Positions 57,411 to 64,000 of a stretch of 64,000 nt of DNA are shown piece by piece. Every line of letters starts with the position of its first letter. Positions within the stretch are counted from its first letter, which is position 1. Position numbers and translations under genes: made by a program. The notes beneath the pieces are model-generated. The model searched no databases, was not told the DNA's origin, and was given only the letters and a program-made list of their open reading frames with translations. Origin of the DNA: an uncultured virus (IMG/VR IMGVR_UViG_3300025951_000004) (Duplodnaviria; Heunggongvirae; Uroviricota; Caudoviricetes); IMG/VR virus record IMGVR_UViG_3300025951_000004. The stretch is one strand, 5' to 3'.

Positions 57411-58022
57411 TCAGGTCTTCGACTTGATGGCGGCCTTCAGCACCTTGACGACGGGCGCCCGACTCGAGCCCGCCACCTCGGCGCCGAGGGCTTGCTTCAG
57501 CGCAGCGGCGTCGAGACCCTTGATCGCGGCCCTGACCTCGTCGAGGTCGAGACCGGCGAGGTCGGGGATTGCCGCGGCTTCGGTCGGCCCATCCTGCCGA
57601 GCCAGGATCTTCTCCAGCTGCTGCGTGAGCGTCTCGATGCGCGCCTCCTGGGACGCGAGCTTGCGCTCATGCTCGAGCTCGCGTTGCGTGCGGGTCTCTG
57701 CGTCGCGCGTCCGGTAGTGGGGACGCAGGCCGGGGCGCACGGTGACGACATGCACGTCGTCGCCATCGACGGGTGTGCCGACCTGGAGAACCGGCGCCAT
57801 CCGCTTCCCGACCTTGATCTGATCGTTGAACAGGTGGGCGAACGCGCCGCCCTTGGCCTTCATGGCCGAGCCCTTGCCCCTGAAGCCACCCGTGCCGCGC
57901 TCGATGTAGCCGCTCGGCACCTCGTTCCATCCGGGGTTGAGTCGCACCCGCTCGCCGCCGACCTTGGGCGTCAAGAACAGCGGGTTCTCGCCATTGTTTC
58001 GGATGTGCATCGTATCGGTCAT
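57411..58022 (-). CDS. hypothetical head-associated protein
   Basis: Follows the capsid gene; LNPGWNEV. Confidence 0.55.
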   Translation of the reverse strand: MTDTMHIRNNGENPLFLTPKVGGERVRLNPGWNEVPSGYIERGTGGFRGKGSAMKAKGGAFAHLFNDQIKVGKRMAPVLQVGTPVDGDDVHVVTVRPGLRPHYRTRDAETRTQRELEHERKLASQEARIETLTQQLEKILARQDGPTEAAAIPDLAGLDLDEVRAAIKGLDAAALKQALGAEVAGSSRAPVVKVLKAAIKSKT

Positions 58023-58102
58023 GTCGTGTCCTTGCCGCGAATATGGTCGCGGCTCCTCTCGCCGTGTCTCAGTCTGTCGAAGACGGATTCAGGGACGTTA
58101 GA

Positions 58103-59188
58103 TCAGGCGCCCCAGCCGGCGCCCTTGCCGTCCAAGAACAGCACGCTCTCGGTGTTGGTCACCTGCACGCCCGCGAAGTACGACCAGATCGCGATCTCGA
58201 TCATCCACTGGTTGCCCGGAACGAGCACCGGCTGCTGGACCTGCGCGAAGACGGGCATGGTGCAGCGGATCAGATCCGCCGACGGCGTCAAGAACAACGC
58301 CCCCGGGTGCCCCTTGTCATCCGCGTCGGCCATGCCGGGATCGACGATGATCTCGATCTGCTCGTTGTTGTCGAGGATGTACTTGCGCAGCGTGGTGTCG
58401 GTGCCAGCTCCGAAGTTCTCGGTCTTGATGTGCCGGTAGGGCAGGCGCGGCAGCACCAGCATCTCGGGCTCGGGCTCCTCGCTAGCCTGCCCGTAGATCG
58501 CGTCGATGGCCTCGTTGAACTCGTCGTAGATCGGGCCAGCGTTGGCCGTGGCCCAGTCGACGGTCGAGACCTTGTGCAGAATGCCGGGGTAGTTGACCAC
58601 GCCGCGCAGCTTGTGAGCGGGCGAGCCGCGGCGGATCAGACGGTTGATCGCCTCGTAGTGCTTACGGCGGGTCTGCTGCCCCTTGACCTGCTGCTTGTCG
58701 TAGCCGGACTTGGCAGCCTGCGCGATCTCGAAGAACCCGATCTGCATCTTGTGCTCGATCTTGTGGAATTCGGCGAGCTTGAGCTCGGTGATGACGTCGA
58801 CCGTTCGCTCCTGCGCTTGGTCGAGCGCGGTCAGACCGTCGTCCTGCGTCGAGTTGGTGACGCCGGCTTCATTCCACTCGAGATGCTTGTCGCCGATGCC
58901 GGCGCCCGAGTCGGTGATCGTGATGATCGAGCCGTCTGCCCACGGCGTCTCGAGGTCCTGCTTCAAGAATAGGCCGGCGATCATGGCCGTGGTCGCACAG
59001 CGCGACGTCGAGTGCAGGACCGCGTCGTTGTTGGCGAACAGCTGCCTGAACTGCGGCGTCTTCCCCCACTGCTGCATGGCCAGGTCGCCCACGTCGTGGG
59101 CGATGGAAGCGAAGTGTTGGTCGAGCGCGTCCTGCTTGTGCCAGGGCTGCCGAAAGTCGAGCTTGGGTTGACGGGTTCGAGCGTTCAT
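58103..59188 (-). CDS. major capsid protein (DUF2184 family)
   Basis: G.P..KLRGVVNYP, P.MLVLP, TTLRKYI.DNN; position after protease and decoration genes. Confidence 0.8.
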   Translation of the reverse strand: MNARTRQPKLDFRQPWHKQDALDQHFASIAHDVGDLAMQQWGKTPQFRQLFANNDAVLHSTSRCATTAMIAGLFLKQDLETPWADGSIITITDSGAGIGDKHLEWNEAGVTNSTQDDGLTALDQAQERTVDVITELKLAEFHKIEHKMQIGFFEIAQAAKSGYDKQQVKGQQTRRKHYEAINRLIRRGSPAHKLRGVVNYPGILHKVSTVDWATANAGPIYDEFNEAIDAIYGQASEEPEPEMLVLPRLPYRHIKTENFGAGTDTTLRKYILDNNEQIEIIVDPGMADADDKGHPGALFLTPSADLIRCTMPVFAQVQQPVLVPGNQWMIEIAIWSYFAGVQVTNTESVLFLDGKGAGWGA

Positions 59189-59202
59189 TTTGTGGTCCTC
59201 GC

Positions 59203-59985
59203 TCACTTGAGCAGCAGCATCGCGGTCAGCTGACCGTTCACGTCGGTGTAGGAGAGGGACGTCCAACGGGCGTTGGCGAGCACTTGGGTGTCGCCACCGT
59301 CGGCGGAGATGCGGCAGGCCCCGTTCTCCTCGGCGCCTGTGTTGACCTTGCGGACGTAGACGTCGTTGTCGAGGGAGGTCACAGCTTCCTCGACCGCGAC
59401 AGGGATCTCGCCCTGCGTGACCACGTCGACGTTGGCACCGACCGACCACTGGTCGACGGCGCTCGAGTCTCCGGTGCTGCTGTCGAGCTCGGGGTTGATG
59501 GCCGTGACGCCGAAGAACAGACGCTCGGTGTCCCCGGTCACCAGCTTGCGCAGATGGCCGTCATCGTTGAGCGCGACGAACAGGCCTGGACGCAGGGCGG
59601 TGTTGGCCTCGGTCTCGTCGGTCAGCGTCATGGTGACGCCACCCGGCACGACGGGCGTAGCGAGCGTGAAGGTCTGATCGAGGTTGCGCGCTTCGAGGTA
59701 GAGCGTCGCCCCATCGGCGGTGCTCTCGGCGACGCTGACCACGAGCGCGAGCGAGTCGGCCTGGGCGCCCAGGGCCGCGGCGCTGCCGGTGAAGTCCGAT
59801 GACGCCATCGTCACCGAGACCAGCGTGCCGTTGAACAGGAACGAGTAGACGCCGTCGGCGTAGGTGCCGGTCAGCGCGACCGACCACTTGGTGGGATGGC
59901 CGGGCCACACTCGGCTACGAACATCACCCCGCGCGTGGTCTTGGACTTGCCCGCGCATGGCGGGATTGACGGTGGACAAAGACAT
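59203..59985 (-). CDS. capsid decoration/cement protein
   Basis: FFGVT...V.VVTQGEI.V..E...DVYVR...G; between protease and capsid genes. Confidence 0.65.
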   Translation of the reverse strand: MSLSTVNPAMRGQVQDHARGDVRSRVWPGHPTKWSVALTGTYADGVYSFLFNGTLVSVTMASSDFTGSAAALGAQADSLALVVSVAESTADGATLYLEARNLDQTFTLATPVVPGGVTMTLTDETEANTALRPGLFVALNDDGHLRKLVTGDTERLFFGVTAINPELDSSTGDSSAVDQWSVGANVDVVTQGEIPVAVEEAVTSLDNDVYVRKVNTGAEENGACRISADGGDTQVLANARWTSLSYTDVNGQLTAMLLLK

Positions 59986-60000
59986 GATGTGCGGTCCTCT

Positions 60001-62427
60001 TCAGTTCGTGGCGGTCTTGCCGTAGACGTTGCTGGTGTCGATCTTGGGTTCGAAGCTCGGCGGCTTCGGCCCGTCGTTGCTCGGCTTGCGCGCGGAGGCG
60101 TGACGAATCGTCGAGCGGTAGAGCGAGCCGACGAAGGCGTCGAAGGTCGGGGCCGGAGTCTTGGGGTCCGGGCCCATTGCGGAGTCGAGGTCGGCCTTGA
60201 GGGCGGAGTCGAGGTCGAGGATCGCGGCGACGCGCATCGCCATGATCGAGTCCGGGCGCTTGCCGGCCGACCACGTCGACACGAGCTGCGGGCAGTGCGG
60301 GGCGATCTCTCGCTCGAGCTCGCGCATGTCGGTCGCGGCCTTGTCGGCCGTCAGCTGGGTGACCACGCGGGTGAGCGCCGTGACCTCGCCTTGCAGCGCG
60401 GCGTGGTCGGTCGTCATCTTGGCAGCATCGCCGGTCAGCTTGGCCCGCGAGGCTCGGAGCCGCGTCGCCGCGTCGCCGCTGACCAGCAGCTTGACGCCGT
60501 CCATCTCCATCATCTCGCCGCCGCTCAGGTGCTGCTTGACCATCTCGAGGTCGAGCTCGAGCGCGGTGGCGATCGCCTGGATCGCTCCGTCAGCGGCCTC
60601 GGGGCTCTCGGCGTAGGCGTAGGCCTTGATTGCGTCGAGCAACGCCATCGCGGCGGCGGGGTCCATCTGGTCGTTCTTCGGCTTGGTCGTCATTTCTTGT
60701 TCCTTGCTGGCCTCAAAAACGGAAGCGCCGTCGATCAGCACGCGGGCTTTCGGACCCGCGCGCGCTTCATCGACAAGAGATTCGTGGTTCACCTCGATGC
60801 CGGTCTGCCGGTACGTGTACCGGACACCCTGCGCATCGACTCCAGGATCGCGCACCGCGATCGTGGTGTAGCCCGTCGACAGCTGAACCTTGCCGTCCCG
60901 CATTTTGCGGATCGTCGAGATGTCGCCGACGCAGATCTGGACCTTGACGAAGCGCAGGCCATGCTCGTCGGGGGGCAGCAGCACCGCGCCGGTGCCAAGC
61001 ATGCCTCGAGCGTACTCGCGCCAGTTGTCGGCCGTCACGAGCACCGGGGGGTGGTCGTCTGTGAACGTCGCGAAGTCGAAGCTCTTGAGGCTCTTCTCGA
61101 CTTCGTCCTCGCTCCGGTACTCGTACCAGGTGCTCTTGCCGTCGCCGTAGAGCTGCGAGCCCGTGCGCGCGGCGTAGCCCGTGACGATCAGCCGTCCGTC
61201 GGTCGTGACCTTGTCGGCGAACCCGTCTGCGCGCAGGCGCTCCGCGATCGAGTTGACCTGCGCGGCGTCGGTCTTCGGGCCGAGTTCGTCGGCGATGGCG
61301 AGCGCTCGATCGACCGCCACGCGATCCTCGGCACCAAGCGCGAAGTCCATCGTGCAGGTGCGATAGACCCGGCTCGCCGTGTCGGCGTGTGGGGCTGCCA
61401 TCGAGGTCAGCAGCGCGAGCATTCCCGCGAGCGCCTGGTCGGTCCAGCCTCGGGCCTTCCGCTTGGCCGGGGGCAGAGCAGCAACTCCGCGCAGCTTCGC
61501 GGTGAAGCCATCGAGCGTCGCATCCTCGTACGGCAGCACGTGGACATCGACGACGTCCAGGCTCTCGAGCGCGATTACTTCCCGCTCGGCGAGGATCATG
61601 TCGCGCAGCGGCTTGCCGTCGTGCGGGTGGATCACGTCGCCGATGCCGGCGGTCTTCGCCATCTCGTCGGCGTTGAGCAGCAGCGCAGACGAGCTCGCCC
61701 GCGCTTCGATCACCGCACCTACTCGGCCTTCTTCGCGGTCTTCGATGGTATGCTCGGCGAGCGCGTACTCGTCGGCGACCGTGCGCGAGGTGGTCCACGA
61801 CTTGTCGCGCACGGGGTCGCTCGGGTGCTGCAGTCCGTCGCGCTGATCAGCAGCTCGCCGGGTGAGGTTGCGGAGACCTCGATACACGACGTCGACGTGC
61901 TGTGGCTTCAGCCACGCGTGGCGATCCTCGACGGCCTTCAGCGCGACCATGCGCGAGCGAGGCATCTTTCGTGAATCCAAAAGATGCTCGACCACCCAAG
62001 CTTTGGCCGTCGCTTCGTCGGGCGTGGCGACGGCGTCGCCACGCCCGTGGTCGGAGCGCAGCTTCTCGAGCATGCCCTCGAGCTTGGTCTTGGCCTCGGC
62101 TCGCACCGCGTCCGACAAGTCCTCGGTCTGCGGAAGCCGGGCGAGCGCGTTGCGAATCGCGTTGCCGATCGCCACGAGCTGGCCGTTATCGACGTAGCAT
62201 ACCGCCAGCTTGAAGTTCGCGCGCGTGATGTTCTCGCCCGCGGGCGGGTCGAGGTCGGCGACGATGAAACCCTTGGACGCCTTGCGCCAATCGACATCGC
62301 CATCCGCCCCGGTCGCCCAGTCGAAGATCTCGCGCTCGCCTCGAGCGCCGTCCCACTCGCCTTCGCGCACGTCGATCGAATCGTCGATCGTGACAGCGAA
62401 CGCATCGGTGCGCGAGGCGACGATCAT
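60001..62427 (-). CDS. DUF2213 head maturation protease/scaffold with N-terminal extension and ART-like insert
   Basis: AARTG.Q.Y, EYR..DEV..SL.SF, TDDHP, LSTGY, QTGI..NH..LV..ARAG. Confidence 0.85.
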   Translation of the reverse strand: MIVASRTDAFAVTIDDSIDVREGEWDGARGEREIFDWATGADGDVDWRKASKGFIVADLDPPAGENITRANFKLAVCYVDNGQLVAIGNAIRNALARLPQTEDLSDAVRAEAKTKLEGMLEKLRSDHGRGDAVATPDEATAKAWVVEHLLDSRKMPRSRMVALKAVEDRHAWLKPQHVDVVYRGLRNLTRRAADQRDGLQHPSDPVRDKSWTTSRTVADEYALAEHTIEDREEGRVGAVIEARASSSALLLNADEMAKTAGIGDVIHPHDGKPLRDMILAEREVIALESLDVVDVHVLPYEDATLDGFTAKLRGVAALPPAKRKARGWTDQALAGMLALLTSMAAPHADTASRVYRTCTMDFALGAEDRVAVDRALAIADELGPKTDAAQVNSIAERLRADGFADKVTTDGRLIVTGYAARTGSQLYGDGKSTWYEYRSEDEVEKSLKSFDFATFTDDHPPVLVTADNWREYARGMLGTGAVLLPPDEHGLRFVKVQICVGDISTIRKMRDGKVQLSTGYTTIAVRDPGVDAQGVRYTYRQTGIEVNHESLVDEARAGPKARVLIDGASVFEASKEQEMTTKPKNDQMDPAAAMALLDAIKAYAYAESPEAADGAIQAIATALELDLEMVKQHLSGGEMMEMDGVKLLVSGDAATRLRASRAKLTGDAAKMTTDHAALQGEVTALTRVVTQLTADKAATDMRELEREIAPHCPQLVSTWSAGKRPDSIMAMRVAAILDLDSALKADLDSAMGPDPKTPAPTFDAFVGSLYRSTIRHASARKPSNDGPKPPSFEPKIDTSNVYGKTATN

Positions 62428-62644
62428 CCAAACCTCGTGACGGGCGTCTTGTCGTCGACGGGCCGATCGTCCTTGGTCGGCGGATCTTGCTTGGGCTCGG
62501 CCTTCGGCTTCGCTTTGCTGTCGCTCGACTTCTTCGGTGGGACCGTCACCACATCAAAGTGGTACCGCCTCGCGCTCGCGCTTGTAATGGCTTTGCTACG
62601 CGTCGTGCGTCTCTATCAGAGATCAATCGCAGCCAGCGGAGCAG

Positions 62645-63313
62645 CTACGCGAACCGCGGGACGTACAGACCGATAGGCGATCCGTCGACAAGATCCTGAA
62701 TTCGAATCGACGATCGGTCGCTCAGGCCCGCGACGTGAGCCACGAACACGCGACCGATGGAGCTGATCGTCACACGGCCATGGCCAGCCACGCTCGACAT
62801 CCGCGACTCGACCTGGTCCATCGCATCGCGCTCATCTGCCGCTCGAACCCACGCAAAGAGATCAGCGGAAGCACGGACCGGAACGACCGTCGGCGAACCG
62901 AGCACGCCGATCCCCGGCACCTCTGCCCCCACGAGGTCGACCGCGAGGGTAAGCGCGGAGCCACGAACTCGCAGCCGCAGCGTCGCGTCCCCCGAGCCCG
63001 GCCAGACAGCGATCTGCCGGCGGCTCGACACCGGGAACAACTCGAGCACGCGCCGTGCCGCGAATGGATCACGGATCGCTTCGAAGGCCGCGAACGCGAG
63101 ATCGAACAGCGCGGGGCCCTCGAGCACGAGGTCAGCTGGCGCGGCCCCGGTTGCGCTCGACCACCGCTCGATCAGAGTGGCAGACGGCTGCTTCGCGCCG
63201 TGCTCGACCTTCCACGCGTGACCGCGGCCGATGCCGCACCGGCGAGCGATCTCGGCCTGCGTCAGCCCGGCGCGGACACGCTCTCGTCGCAATCGCTCGC
63301 CGGTGGTGGTCAT
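62645..63313 (-). CDS. XRE-family HTH protein
   Basis: GERLRRERVRAGLTQAEIARRCGI...VEHG...PS. Confidence 0.8.
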   Translation of the reverse strand: MTTTGERLRRERVRAGLTQAEIARRCGIGRGHAWKVEHGAKQPSATLIERWSSATGAAPADLVLEGPALFDLAFAAFEAIRDPFAARRVLELFPVSSRRQIAVWPGSGDATLRLRVRGSALTLAVDLVGAEVPGIGVLGSPTVVPVRASADLFAWVRAADERDAMDQVESRMSSVAGHGRVTISSIGRVFVAHVAGLSDRSSIRIQDLVDGSPIGLYVPRFA

Positions 63314-63331
63314 CCGAGGTCTCGCCCTAGA

Positions 63332-64000
63332 TCAGACGATCGTGGCGCCGCCCTTGCTGATCACGACCCACGCGTCGTTGGCCGCATTGCGCTTCGCGAT
63401 GGGCGCCTCATCGGTGGCGTCGATTTCCAGCGTGCCGCCCTGGACCACGAGCGTGTACTTGCCGCCGCCTGCGACCGTGCTGGCGAAGAACTGGACCGCC
63501 TGCCCCGCGTAGAGACCAGCACCGTTGGCGATCACGACGGTTCCAGCGGCAGACACCTGAAGGACCACCGCGCTGGTGGTTCCGAGGATCGTCACGGCTG
63601 CGTCGGCGGCCGGCTCGAGCATGATGCCGATGACCTGCGCTTGCGCGATCGGTATCGAGTCGAGCGTTGCCTTGCGCGCCACGTTCGCCGCCTCCGAGTC
63701 GTTGATGTAGACCAGGTCCGCACCGATCGGCGTGGCCTTGGCCGTGAGCCCAGAGATCAGCGCGGACGCGGAGAACAGTTGCAGCAGCGTCGACTTCTTG
63801 GGCGTGAGCGCATCGGCCGAGTCTTCGACGACCACGAGGTCGGCCGCGAGCGGCAGCGCCTTCGCGGCCAGGCCGGTGATCCAGCCGAGCGCCTTCATGA
63901 TGGCCCCGATCAGGATCTGCTTCTTCACGTTGGCAGCAGCCGCGTCCTCGATCACCGCCAGATCGCTGACCGTCGGCGCTGCCTTGGCCGCGAGACCGCT
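63332..64000 (-). CDS. partial repeat-containing structural protein
   Basis: Repeated LAAKA.P..ADL...D.A...KK units; runs off the window. Confidence 0.5.
   Translation of the reverse strand, partial: SGLAAKAAPTVSDLAVIEDAAAANVKKQILIGAIMKALGWITGLAAKALPLAADLVVVEDSADALTPKKSTLLQLFSASALISGLTAKATPIGADLVYINDSEAANVARKATLDSIPIAQAQVIGIMLEPAADAAVTILGTTSAVVLQVSAAGTVVIANGAGLYAGQAVQFFASTVAGGGKYTLVVQGGTLEIDATDEAPIAKRNAANDAWVVISKGGATIV

Noticed and set aside
59896..61974. Long plus-strand ORF (and similar ones, e.g. 19198-20964, 54456-55880, 27604-28872)
   Set aside because: These are antisense shadows of well-supported genes in high-GC DNA
1..64000. CRISPR array, integrase or transposase
   Set aside because: No regularly spaced repeats and no recombinase or DDE motifs recognised

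Overview
The window is a high-GC temperate phage or prophage segment with most genes on the minus strand. No host core operons, integrase, large terminase or portal gene are visible. The right third (44.6-64 kb) is a morphogenesis module: a DUF2213-type head maturation/scaffold polyprotein, a DUF2184-type major capsid protein, and a Mu-like contractile tail (sheath, tube, chaperone with an A9G -1 frameshift site, tape measure, gp43-gp48-like baseplate). The left two-thirds is an accessory region rich in nucleic-acid modification and processing genes. These include five DNA methyltransferase genes (some damaged), an IbrA(PAPS-reductase)-GNAT-IbrB(ParB) trio, a radical SAM / HNH / TGT-like / Spo11-TopoVIA-like / RecR run, ASCH, SLOG and Nmad1-like proteins, an ECF sigma factor, and an initiator tRNA-Met with an unusual 5' end. 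The most notable items are: (i) an R-S-E ADP-ribosyltransferase-like domain inside the head protease/scaffold; (ii) a TGT/DpdA-like barrel fused to a ScoMcrA-type head domain next to a radical SAM gene; (iii) a tRNA-fMet with a possible 12-nt extra arm; and (iv) patchwork repeats and in-frame deletions or fusions. A myxobacterial (Nannocystales-like) host is a weak inference. All family calls come from motif recognition by eye; no database searches were run.
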